From Candidatus Iainarchaeum sp. (GTDB lineage Archaea; Iainarchaeota; Iainarchaeia; Iainarchaeales; JAZDDZ01), in assembly GCA_043809245.1 (NCBI GenBank), contig JAZDDZ010000044.1:1-42546 (forward strand): DNA of 42,546 nucleotides, given 5' to 3'. Shown piece by piece: positions 7,750 through 16,863 of this stretch. The number at the start of each line of letters is the position of its first letter. The stretch's first letter is position 1. Under the pieces are notes generated by a model. The model saw nothing but the letters and a program-made list of their open reading frames with translations. It did not search any database and was not told where the DNA came from. The position numbers and the translations under genes were made by a program.

Positions 7750-10557
7750 ATGAATGCAAAAATAGTTTTGGTTTTAATTGTTGCGGTTGCATTAATCCAG
7801 GCTGCTTCAGCGGCAGTCATTTTCCAGGACAACTTTAATGGTTCGCCTTACTGGGATTCTCAGATGGGAACACGCGCACCGAACTGGGATTACTCGCCTG
7901 ATTGGAGTGCTTATGGTTTGCCTGATGCGCAGATTTTTGGTAGTTCTTGCGGGAGAATGAATTCGGGTTGTTTTCAGGTGAATTACGAGGACAGGGGCGA
8001 GCCATCAGGGCATTTGAATAAGGATTTCCCCGGCAATTCCGAGCTTTATTTTAGGTGGTATGTAAAGTTTGACAATAGGTGGATTTGGCAGAACCTTACT
8101 TTTTACAAAATGGCAAGATTTTACTGGAATTACCAGAATGACCCAGGCACCAATTATGTTACCATTCCCGACTGGGCCTGGATGCCCCCAAGGCTGTACA
8201 CTGGCGCGGGTGCTGGTGCAGGAACAATTTTGAGTGACCCCGCCAATCCTGTTTATTTTTCGGAGTTTGGCGCGGGAAAATGGTATGAGATAGAATTCCG
8301 CTTAAAAAACAATGATTTAGGGCAAAACAACGGAATACTGCAGGTTTGGTTCAATGGAAAGCTGCGCCAAACCTACAACAATATCAGTTATGTTGGCCAG
8401 CAACAATTATTGATTGACCACTTCAATATAGGCGACAACACCAATAATCAGGCATTGGTTGGAATTGCGCCAAACGAATGGTGGGTTAGGCACGATGATG
8501 TAAAGGTCAGCACAACATACATTGGCCCAGAGCCATGCCCAAACGAAACTGAAATCACCCCTGAAAACGTTGGCGCCTGTTATTGTGGAACCACTACACC
8601 CAACCCCGCTTGCTCGCCAACAAACACAACAGCATGCACTGGAGTAGTTGACTCGGGTTACTGCAACAACGGAGTATGGAGCCCAAGCGGAACAAGTGAC
8701 ACCACTCCGCCAACAGTTTCAATTAGTTCGCCGACAACAGGTTCAACTGTTTCTGGCACAATAACTGTTACAGCCAACGCCTCGGACAATGTGGCTGTTG
8801 CGGGAGTGCAATTCAAATTAGACGGAAGCAATTTGGAAAGCGAGGACTTATCAGCGCCTTACTCGGTTTCATGGAATACTACAACAGCTTCAAATTCTTT
8901 GCATGCTTTGACTGCTGTTGCAAGGGATGCAAGTGGAAACACTGCAACTTCCACAACAGTTAATGTAACAGTGAATAATGCGGCAAGCACCGGTTGGGTT
9001 TTTTGCGCAAACGAAGGCGAAACCTGCAGTTTCACAGGAACACGACAGGTCAGATACGGAGCAAACCAAACATACGCGTACGGAACATACACTAACTCGG
9101 TTTCATGCAGCAACTCAGTATTCGGAGACCCAATCTACGGAGCAGCAAAACAATGCGACTACAACAGTTCAACTACAAGCTGCACTGAAAACTGGTCATG
9201 CACTGCATGGAGCACATGCTCTGGAGGAACACAAACAAGAACCTGCACTGATTCAGCCGCATGCGGAACCACTGTAAACAAGCCAGTGGAAACGCAAAGC
9301 TGTTCCACTCCAGGCGCGGGAGTGATTTTCGAGGATGATTTTGAGGGATGGAATGATGCGGTGCCAAATGACAGTTCTTTAATCTGGAGTCCAGCAAACG
9401 GAAGCATTTCCTCAGCATCAAACGGAAAATGGTGCTCCTCACAACAATGGAACGAATACGGCCTGCCAGACACACAGGTAATTCCATCAAAAGGAAGATA
9501 CAACAGCCAATGCGTTGAAGGCAACATTGAATCAAGAGTCCAACCCGCAGCAGGAGTTGTAAGCCTACTGCCCGACAAAACACACGACGAACTATACTTC
9601 AGGTGGTACACAAAATACGACCCCACATGGAGTTGGTGGCCAAACCAAAACGGGCAAAAACTCGCAAGAATGAGTGTAGGCCCCGCAGACATTGGCTGCA
9701 CCACTTTAAATGACCACATAATTCCCACCTTTGCATGGGGAAGAATGGCCTATGAAATATTTCCAAGCGTTATAACCCCTGTTTATTCTGACCCTGAGGT
9801 CACATGGTATGACCGCGGCGCGGGAAAATGGATTTTAATTGAAGTGTATTCCAAATTGAATACTGTCGGGCAAAGCGACGGAGTTTTAACCTCGTGGATT
9901 AATGGAAAAAAAGTATTGCACAAGGAAGGAGTGGTTATAAGAAACAGCAATTACAACTTCACTAATCTCACAATCGGCGATAATATAATCTACACAAACC
10001 AGGCAGGAAGCTCCGGCGTTCCCTGGTTGCCTCCTGAGGAAAAACAAATATGGTGGGATGACGTTAAAGTTTCAACCAGTTTCATTGGCCCGGAACCCTG
10101 CAAAAACGGAGTTGAAATCACGCCAGAAAACGTTGGAACATGCTACTGCGGAACAGGCACGCCAAACCCAGATTGCGCTACTAACACTAATCCTCCTTCC
10201 ACAAACCCAGCAGCAGGAGAATACATTACCCCAAACCCATCAGCATGCACTGGCATAGTTGATTCAGGCTACTGCTGCAATGGCTCCTGGCAAACAACAA
10301 GCTGCACACCCGCAGTGCAGTGCACGGTTAACGTTGCAAACCCATGCACAATCTCTCTCGCAGGGGGAACAATCAATTCCTGCACACAGCAAAACCTAAT
10401 CTACCAATACAACGCAACAACAACGGTAAATCACACAGTAAACGGATTGCAGGCAAGCAAGGCATACGACATCAAAATAGAAAACACCACGCAGGGGACA
10501 ACGCAAAACAAAACCGCAAGCACCAATGCCTCGGGCATGCTGCAGTTCGGTTCCTGA
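7750..10557 (+). CDS. Secreted Cys-rich multi-module surface protein (signal peptide; two jelly-roll-like modules, Ig-like domain, Cys-rich small modules)
   Basis: N-terminal signal peptide MNAKIVLVLIVAVALIQAASA. Internal duplication: two modules each containing YFRWY.K[FY]D..W and WWDDVKVST..IGPEPC..EITPENVG.CYCG. Ig-like stretch TPPTVSISSP..VTANASDN. Paralog at 29588-32365. Confidence 0.7.
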   Translation: MNAKIVLVLIVAVALIQAASAAVIFQDNFNGSPYWDSQMGTRAPNWDYSPDWSAYGLPDAQIFGSSCGRMNSGCFQVNYEDRGEPSGHLNKDFPGNSELYFRWYVKFDNRWIWQNLTFYKMARFYWNYQNDPGTNYVTIPDWAWMPPRLYTGAGAGAGTILSDPANPVYFSEFGAGKWYEIEFRLKNNDLGQNNGILQVWFNGKLRQTYNNISYVGQQQLLIDHFNIGDNTNNQALVGIAPNEWWVRHDDVKVSTTYIGPEPCPNETEITPENVGACYCGTTTPNPACSPTNTTACTGVVDSGYCNNGVWSPSGTSDTTPPTVSISSPTTGSTVSGTITVTANASDNVAVAGVQFKLDGSNLESEDLSAPYSVSWNTTTASNSLHALTAVARDASGNTATSTTVNVTVNNAASTGWVFCANEGETCSFTGTRQVRYGANQTYAYGTYTNSVSCSNSVFGDPIYGAAKQCDYNSSTTSCTENWSCTAWSTCSGGTQTRTCTDSAACGTTVNKPVETQSCSTPGAGVIFEDDFEGWNDAVPNDSSLIWSPANGSISSASNGKWCSSQQWNEYGLPDTQVIPSKGRYNSQCVEGNIESRVQPAAGVVSLLPDKTHDELYFRWYTKYDPTWSWWPNQNGQKLARMSVGPADIGCTTLNDHIIPTFAWGRMAYEIFPSVITPVYSDPEVTWYDRGAGKWILIEVYSKLNTVGQSDGVLTSWINGKKVLHKEGVVIRNSNYNFTNLTIGDNIIYTNQAGSSGVPWLPPEEKQIWWDDVKVSTSFIGPEPCKNGVEITPENVGTCYCGTGTPNPDCATNTNPPSTNPAAGEYITPNPSACTGIVDSGYCCNGSWQTTSCTPAVQCTVNVANPCTISLAGGTINSCTQQNLIYQYNATTTVNHTVNGLQASKAYDIKIENTTQGTTQNKTASTNASGMLQFGS

Positions 10558-10752
10558 CCTATCGCAAAAGACATTAATTTTTGAACTTTATTTTTGTCTT
10601 TTGCGACTAGCAAGGGACAATCATTTGTTCAATTATTTATGCCCCTTGCTATATTTGCAGACTTGTCAGGATTTAACCGCCTTCTCTGCGCCATTTCAAA
10701 AGGTTTAAAAAAACATACGCCAATATTGTATGTTATAAACCGACAAAATTAG

Positions 10753-11964
10753 TTGTTTTTTGTCTGGAAAGGTGTTTTTTTGTTCTTTGAAAGGAAGGTT
10801 TTAAGAAAAATAAGGCACTTGCTGGGCAGAAAGGGAATTATTGTTGTTACTGGCATGAGACAGGTTGGAAAAACAACCGTGCTTAAAATGATTTTCGATG
10901 AAATCCAAAGCAAAAACAAGGTTTTCCTGGACCTCGAAAACCCTATACTCCAGAAAATTTTTGAAGAGGAAAACTATGACAACATCTGGGCAAACCTAAA
11001 GGCCTATGGAATGGCAAGCAGTGAACCGGCATTCATTTTTTTGGACGAAATTCAGGCAATGCCTGCAGTCGTCAAGGCAGTAAAATACCTCTTCGACCAC
11101 TATGACGCGCATTTCTTCCTGACGGGCTCAAGCAGTTTTTACCTGAAAAACCTTTTCCCCGAAAGCCTGGCTGGCAGGAAAATAATATTCGACCTCTTTC
11201 CCCTTGATTTCGAGGAATTCCTGCTATTCAAAGGCGAGAAAAAAATTTTTTACGAAAACTTCAAGGACAAGGAAAAAAACAAGAACAAAATTTCCCATGC
11301 ACTGGTTTCAAAGCATTTCGAGGAATTCATTAATTACGGGGGCTTCCCCAAAGTGGCACTAACAGAGGAAATAGAGGGAAAAAAAGCTGTGCTTGAAGAC
11401 ATATTCAAGTCATACTTTGAAAAAGAAGTGAGAACGCTTGCGGACTTCAAAAACGTCAACGTGTTAAGGGATTTCATTCTCTTGCTGATGCAGCGCACAG
11501 GCTCAAAACTGAACATAAGCAACATTTCCTCCGAACAGGGCATTAACAGGGAAACCGCCTACTCATTCCTTTACTTCCTCGAATTAACCTATTTCCTGAA
11601 ACTCGTCCCGCCTTTCAGCAGAAACAAGGGAACGGAAGTAAGCGGGGCAAAAAAAGTATACTTCTGCGACAACGGCATACTAAGCCATTTCGCAAAAATA
11701 TCCTCAGGCGCGCTGCTCGAAAACGCGGTATTCAACTGCATTAAAACCAAAGGCACAATCAATTACTACCAAAAACGTTCAGGGCGCGAAATCGACTTCA
11801 TACTGAAAAACGAATCAACAGCCCTGGAAGTAAAAGAAAACGGCTCAACTCATGACATAAAAAAACTTTCAAAACAAGCAGAAAAACTAAAACTAAAAGA
11901 ACACTATGTCATAACAAAAAACTTCACCCCGGAAAAAGGATTCATCACCGCAAGCGACTTGTAA
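10753..11964 (+). CDS. AAA+ ATPase, DUF4143 family (COG1373-like)
   Basis: Walker A GMRQVGKTTVLK, Walker B FIFLDEIQ, and a C-terminal DUF4143-like region. The true start may be the internal TTG that gives MFFERKVLRKI. Confidence 0.75.
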   Translation: MFFVWKGVFLFFERKVLRKIRHLLGRKGIIVVTGMRQVGKTTVLKMIFDEIQSKNKVFLDLENPILQKIFEEENYDNIWANLKAYGMASSEPAFIFLDEIQAMPAVVKAVKYLFDHYDAHFFLTGSSSFYLKNLFPESLAGRKIIFDLFPLDFEEFLLFKGEKKIFYENFKDKEKNKNKISHALVSKHFEEFINYGGFPKVALTEEIEGKKAVLEDIFKSYFEKEVRTLADFKNVNVLRDFILLLMQRTGSKLNISNISSEQGINRETAYSFLYFLELTYFLKLVPPFSRNKGTEVSGAKKVYFCDNGILSHFAKISSGALLENAVFNCIKTKGTINYYQKRSGREIDFILKNESTALEVKENGSTHDIKKLSKQAEKLKLKEHYVITKNFTPEKGFITASDL

Positions 11965-11971
11965 AAAAAGC

Positions 11972-12004
11972 AAACCGGCAGGAGCACTGCAGTTCAGTTC
12001 CTGA
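11972..12004 (+). pseudogene. Second remnant of a surface-protein gene 3' end (KPAGALQFSS*), directly after the ATPase stop
   Basis: In-frame reading ..KKSKPAGALQFSS*. The paralog at 29588-32365 ends ..STGVLQFSS*. Confidence 0.4.
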
Positions 12005-12020
12005 TAAAAGACTGTTTTTT

Positions 12021-12809
12021 TCAGTAAAAGTAAGTCCACAGCACGACAAGAATTGCAATCAGTGCAAGGACAATTATCTGGAATCTTTTGTCGTGCATGA
12101 ACCTGGAGCCCGAAAAGGCTTTTACTGCTCCGCCGCCTATCTCCGAAGAATACTTTATCCATGCACCGGGGCTCTGGAGTTCTTTAAGGGTTTCCGCGGA
12201 AAGCTCAAGCCAGCCTTTTTTTCTTTTAGGAATTTCTTCAGTGGAGAAAATTTCCCCTGTAACGCCGTTTATTGTCAGCTCAAAAGTGCCTTGAGCGACT
12301 TCCACATCCGCAACCCATTCGGGAAAGTAAACCATGCGCAAATTCGAGACAATGACATTGTCCTTTGGAACCGAGGCAGAATGCGCTGCCTTTATTTTCG
12401 CAATCTCTTTCGCTTCATTCAAGCGGATTTTTGCACGGAGCGCCTCAAACTTGTATCCTTCCTCAGGCTGCTGGATTAATTCCCCTTCATCCAAAAGCGA
12501 CGCGATTTCTTCGTTGACTTCGCTGTCAACAGCGCTGAATGAAAGCTCTCCGCTCTGCGTGTCAGAAACCGCGCCAAAGGAAAAATCTTCTTCCGCTCCC
12601 GCGGATTCCCCTTCCGCTGCTCCGGCACCGCTTCCGCTGCCTGCAGTGCTGAATGCCTCGAATGAAAAAACCCAGTAAGGCGTGAAAATCAGGCTGATGG
12701 ACGCGACATTGAACTGCGTCCAGTGCTTTTCCTTGATGGTTTGCTCTATGAGCTTTAAGGCTTCCTCTAGTTTAAAAGAAGGTGAAAGAGCGGGTTTGTC
12801 AAAGTACAT
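12021..12809 (-). CDS. Hypothetical protein with a low-complexity Gly/Ser/Ala/Glu linker and a C-terminal transmembrane anchor; downstream of sepF
   Basis: 262-aa ORF, longer than the overlapping plus-strand ORFs. C-terminal hydrophobic segment IIVLALIAILVVLW. Co-directional with sepF, 44 nt apart. Confidence 0.5.
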   Translation of the reverse strand: MYFDKPALSPSFKLEEALKLIEQTIKEKHWTQFNVASISLIFTPYWVFSFEAFSTAGSGSGAGAAEGESAGAEEDFSFGAVSDTQSGELSFSAVDSEVNEEIASLLDEGELIQQPEEGYKFEALRAKIRLNEAKEIAKIKAAHSASVPKDNVIVSNLRMVYFPEWVADVEVAQGTFELTINGVTGEIFSTEEIPKRKKGWLELSAETLKELQSPGAWIKYSSEIGGGAVKAFSGSRFMHDKRFQIIVLALIAILVVLWTYFY

Positions 12810-12853
12810 TTAACCCACCTCTTTGCGCACCAAAGGCAATAATTCAGCGGAAT

Positions 12854-13222
12854 TTATGCATTCGGCCTGCTTTTGATTATTTTCACGCGCTGCGGCGTAA
12901 TGATTACGCGTTCCTGCGAGATCCTTGCAATGTCACCGTTGATGTCATGGACTGTCCCCTTAATCTGGTTTATGAGTTCGCGCAGCTTCATCTGGTTTCT
13001 CTTTGAAAGGTCAGCAATGTTAAGCAGAATCACGTTGCCTTTCTTCAACTCCTCGATGACCAAATCCTTGTCAGCGTCCGTCTGGAGGCTTAAAGGCTTG
13101 ACATAGGCGTCAGCGTCCTCGTACATTGCTTCCTCTTCAACGTCAAGGTTGTTGAGGAACTCCTCAATGTCAAGTTCGTCTTTCTTTCCAACTACTTTTT
13201 CGAAAAAACCCAAAGAAATCAC
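12854..13222 (-). CDS. sepF: Cell-division protein SepF homolog (DUF552)
   Basis: ~120 aa. The pattern ..LVIEELKKGNVILLNIADLSKRNQMKLRELINQIKGTVHDINGDIARISQERVIITP.. matches the SepF/DUF552 core as I recall it. Confidence 0.6.
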   Translation of the reverse strand: MISLGFFEKVVGKKDELDIEEFLNNLDVEEEAMYEDADAYVKPLSLQTDADKDLVIEELKKGNVILLNIADLSKRNQMKLRELINQIKGTVHDINGDIARISQERVIITPQRVKIIKSRPNA

Positions 13223-13423
13223 CCCTTAAATAAAAATATGTGAACTAGATAGTATTTTGCCCTAGTCCAGCTTTTAAATATATTGCCGTTTTGCGCCAAA
13301 AAACCAGCAAGAGGGTATGGAAAGCAAAGAAGGGTAGTGGAAGAAGTTCAGTTCCACAACTCGTTTTTCTTATAAGAAGTTTCATCCAGATTCTTTAAAC
13401 AGCTTTTTTATTTCTTTAATCCA
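13223..13423. promoter_or_regulatory. Candidate replication-origin region (divergent sepF-orc1 intergenic) with ORB-like GTGGAA motifs and an AT-rich stretch
   Basis: Motifs tagtggaag (13336-13344), gttccacaac (13351-13360, inverted), and aatccagtggggcttgtggtggaaaa (13418-13443). Its position next to orc1/cdc6 is typical of archaeal oriC. Confidence 0.3.
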
Positions 13424-14635
13424 GTGGGGCTTGTGGTGGAAAATCTTTTTGAAAAAGAATTCGCGCGGCAAACTGTTTTCAGGGACCGCAACCTCATAAC
13501 CCCGCATTACACGCCAAAAGAACTGCCTTTCAGGGAAAAACAGATAAAGGAAATAAGCGAATTGCTTGCGGTCACGCTTAAAGGCAAGAAAGCCGACAGC
13601 ATTTTGATTTACGGGAAGGTCGGCACGGGAAAAACCTCGGTCACAAAGCACGTGATGCAGCAGCTGACGGAGTTTTCGCGCTCCAAAGGAATAAAAGTCG
13701 ACGGGTGTTACGTGAACTGCAGGACGCATAACAGCAAGTACAAGGTGCTTTCAAAAATCGCCAAGGAGCTTTTGCCGGATGAAAACCTTTTCGGTTTCAG
13801 CGCGGCATTCGTTTACGAGAAAATACTGGACGTGGCAAAACAGGGAAAAGAAATTGTCGCGGTACTGGATGAAGTGGACAAAGTCAAGGACGTCAACGAC
13901 TTGGTGTATTCGCTTACAAGGGGAAACGATGAAATAGAGAACGGCAGCATTTCATTGATTGGAATTTCAAACAACCTTTTGTTCAAGGAACAGCTTGACG
14001 CGCGCACAAAGAGCAGCCTATGCGAGCACGAAATGGTTTTCGCGCCATACAACGCGGAAGAGCTTAAGGCCATTCTAAGGCAGAGGGCGGAAATCGCGTT
14101 CAAGGAATCAGTTGTGCAGGAATCCGCAATTAACCTTGCCGCGGCTTATGCCGCACAGGAAAGCGGTGACGCAAGAAGAGCGGTAATGCTTTTGCTGATG
14201 GCCGGGGAAATCTCAGACCGCATGGAAAAGGAAAAGGTAACGGAAGAAGAGGTAAGGAAAGCGAAGGGAAAAGTGGAAGAGGAAATTATCTTTAACATGA
14301 TTTCAACCTTGCCGCAGCAGGAACAATTGGTGCTTTACACTATTGCCGCGCTTTCAATGGAGAAAAAGCCAATGCAGAAAATAACCGGAGAACAGGAGAA
14401 AGGCGTGCTTTTTTCAGGGGAAATCTACGACGAATACTTGCGCATTGCAAAAAAATTCAAGGTGCAAAGCATAAGCGCGAGATGGTACCGCGAATACATT
14501 TCCGAGCTTGAAACTTACGGCTTGATTCTCACGACGAATTCAGGCAAAGGCATAAAGGGGCAGACGCGCCTCATAAAACTCGGGTTTGACGCGAAAAAAA
14601 TAAAGGAAACAATTGAAAAGGAACTGGCTGGCTGA
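13424..14635 (+). CDS. cdc6: Orc1/Cdc6 replication initiator (GTG start likely)
   Basis: Walker A GKVGTGKTSV, Walker B VLDEVD, sensor motifs, and a C-terminal winged-helix region. No ATG in the first ~75 codons, so a GTG/TTG start is implied. Confidence 0.9.
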   Translation: MGLVVENLFEKEFARQTVFRDRNLITPHYTPKELPFREKQIKEISELLAVTLKGKKADSILIYGKVGTGKTSVTKHVMQQLTEFSRSKGIKVDGCYVNCRTHNSKYKVLSKIAKELLPDENLFGFSAAFVYEKILDVAKQGKEIVAVLDEVDKVKDVNDLVYSLTRGNDEIENGSISLIGISNNLLFKEQLDARTKSSLCEHEMVFAPYNAEELKAILRQRAEIAFKESVVQESAINLAAAYAAQESGDARRAVMLLLMAGEISDRMEKEKVTEEEVRKAKGKVEEEIIFNMISTLPQQEQLVLYTIAALSMEKKPMQKITGEQEKGVLFSGEIYDEYLRIAKKFKVQSISARWYREYISELETYGLILTTNSGKGIKGQTRLIKLGFDAKKIKETIEKELAG

Positions 14636-14641
14636 AAAAAA

Positions 14642-16822
14642 TCAGCTGAACTCATCCAAACTACTCTGCCCTGCGCGTTCTTCGCGTTGCAATTCCATTT
14701 TATCTTTTTTTGTAAGGCTTGCTGTCTGACCTAGTTGTTTTTTCAATTGCAGTGCTGTGCCAGCACCCAAGAGTTTCGCCAAAACCTTTGCATCAGCTTT
14801 TTTCACTTCGGAAACCGAGCGGATATTTGCCTTGAACAGGCGCCTTGCCCTTACTCTTCCAATGCCGCGCAACTCGCATAAGGGTACAAGCTCTTCGCGC
14901 ACGCCTTTCTTCAACCGCTTCCTTAACAGCGAAAGCGTTGGAAGATGATGCTTTAAGTTCAAAAGGCGCGCCAGTTCGAAAGCGCTGAATGCAAGCCAGT
15001 CAACGCGGTCAAGCTTTGCATGCATTACTCCTGGCTGCACGCCAAAATCTTTTGCGAGAATGTCCTCGCTGATTTCTTCAACCCAGTCGCTTAAAAGGCG
15101 CGAGGAAAAAAACTTTTTCAAAAGATTCGGGTCCTCGAACATTTCACGCTCTACGACAATAGGCAGTTGCTCTGAGGCTTCCTGGAGCTGCTCCCACACT
15201 TCAGGCTGCTTTGCCTTTGGAACAGAAGGCCATGGCGCAAACTCCAAGGCATTGCATAACATGAAAAGGTAAAAGGGGCTTTGCTGCATTCCCGCTTTCT
15301 TCAATGCCTCAATTATTGCGTGAGCGGAAACAGGGTCCAAGTATAATTCTGAAACCCTGCGGCCCAACTGCGTGGCCTTCACTTTTTTTCCGTCAAAGTC
15401 AACAAAACCATAATCGCGCAACTCTTCTAAAAGCGAAACCATGCCGGAAAAAAGGCTTTCCAAGTGCCCGAACTGGAACGCGTAAAAGGTTTTAGAGAAA
15501 AACTTTTCAAGGGAATCCAAGTCAAAAACGAAATTTGAGGCAACCGCTGCAAGCAGATGAGTGCGCAGAACCGGCTCCACGCCTAACTTGCTTTCAATGT
15601 TTTCAGGTTCGGCTTCAATAAAGTTTTGGAATAATTCCTCCAGTTCAAGCTCGTTTCTCGCAATTACAATGCCTTCGCCGACTGTGTCGTAGGCTGGGCG
15701 CCCTGCACGGCCAACTTGTTGCTTGTATTCCCTGACTGGAATTCTTTCATTGCCTGCTTCTGAAAACCTGTTAAGGGAAGGGATAATCACTCTAAAAGCC
15801 GGTAAGTTGACGCCACTTGCCAAGGTAGGCGTTGCGCTCAAAAACTTCAAAAAATTCCCCTTGAACAATTCCTCCACAATCCCGCGCTGCTTGTGCATTA
15901 AGCCCGCGTGATGGAATGCCACGCCCTTTTTCACCAAAAAAGAAAGGCTCCTGCACTGCTCTGTTGGCTGCTCTAATGCGGATTCAATTTCCAATGCCTT
16001 TTTTTCCAATAGCTTTTTTTCCACTGAATTCAAAAATTTTTCGGAGAGAACTGAGAGCTGTTTGGCTATTCCCTCCGCGCGTTTGCGGGTGTTGGCAAAA
16101 ATAAGCGCCTGCTTTCCTTTTTTTTCAAGCGTGTCCTTTGCAAGCGAATGCAAGGCGTCCTTGAAGTGCGTTATTTCCTCTTTTTCTTTTGGGAAATGGA
16201 TTTTTTCATTGAAGTAGACTCCCTCGCGGAGTTTTACGGGGCGGAAAGAGGATTCAACCAAGTCCGCTTCAAGCCACTGCGCGAGTTCCTTTGCGTTCGG
16301 AATTGTTGCCGATAAGGCAAGCACTTTCAGCTTAGGGTTGATTAAGCGCATTTTCGTCAAAAGGATTTCAAGCGTTGGCCCCCGGCCGGAGTCAAGCTCG
16401 TGAATCTCATCCACAACCAATAAGCCAATCTGTGAAAGCCAGGAAGCGTCATGCCTGAGCAATGAATCCAGTTTTTCATAGGTTGAAAACACCAAGTCAT
16501 AGTTTTGCAGGTATTTTCCGCTTGAATCAAAGTCGCCTGTTGAAATAGTGAATTTTATTCCATGCTGTTTTGCGTATTTTTTTTTGAAGTCATTGAAATG
16601 CTCTGATGCCAAAGCACGCAAGGGGCAGGTGTAAACCACTTTCTTTTTATGCAAGAGAATGGAATTCAAAGCGCATAGCTCTGCGCAGACTGTTTTGCCT
16701 GAAGCGGTTGGCGCGGCAACAACAACGCTTTTTTCCTTCCAACCGCTTTTCAGGAACTTTTCCTGCATTGGGTTAAAGGAAGGAAAGCCATTGGCTGAAA
16801 GGACAATGTGTTCGGGGTTCAT
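14642..16822 (-). CDS. hel308: Hel308/Hjm (Ski2-like) DNA helicase
   Basis: Motifs Q/I (AAPTASGKT), II (DEIHEL) and VI (QQVGRAGR), plus a C-terminal HhH region. 726 aa. Confidence 0.9.
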   Translation of the reverse strand: MNPEHIVLSANGFPSFNPMQEKFLKSGWKEKSVVVAAPTASGKTVCAELCALNSILLHKKKVVYTCPLRALASEHFNDFKKKYAKQHGIKFTISTGDFDSSGKYLQNYDLVFSTYEKLDSLLRHDASWLSQIGLLVVDEIHELDSGRGPTLEILLTKMRLINPKLKVLALSATIPNAKELAQWLEADLVESSFRPVKLREGVYFNEKIHFPKEKEEITHFKDALHSLAKDTLEKKGKQALIFANTRKRAEGIAKQLSVLSEKFLNSVEKKLLEKKALEIESALEQPTEQCRSLSFLVKKGVAFHHAGLMHKQRGIVEELFKGNFLKFLSATPTLASGVNLPAFRVIIPSLNRFSEAGNERIPVREYKQQVGRAGRPAYDTVGEGIVIARNELELEELFQNFIEAEPENIESKLGVEPVLRTHLLAAVASNFVFDLDSLEKFFSKTFYAFQFGHLESLFSGMVSLLEELRDYGFVDFDGKKVKATQLGRRVSELYLDPVSAHAIIEALKKAGMQQSPFYLFMLCNALEFAPWPSVPKAKQPEVWEQLQEASEQLPIVVEREMFEDPNLLKKFFSSRLLSDWVEEISEDILAKDFGVQPGVMHAKLDRVDWLAFSAFELARLLNLKHHLPTLSLLRKRLKKGVREELVPLCELRGIGRVRARRLFKANIRSVSEVKKADAKVLAKLLGAGTALQLKKQLGQTASLTKKDKMELQREERAGQSSLDEFS

Positions 16823-16863
16823 AAAATGGATATGTTCACTTTAGATTAAAAAAAGAATTGAAA

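Noticed and set aside
10510-10557. C-terminal ..LQF[GS]S* tail as a sorting signal (PGF-CTERM or PEF-CTERM-like)
   Set aside because: No PGF/PEF motif, no hydrophobic helix and no basic tail. It is just a conserved C-terminal peptide of this protein family.
12093-12678. Plus-strand ORFs (128 and 114 aa) opposite the 262-aa minus-strand ORF
   Set aside because: The minus-strand ORF is longer and co-directional with sepF, and it has a sensible C-terminal TM helix. The plus-strand ORFs are treated as shadows, though this call is not certain.
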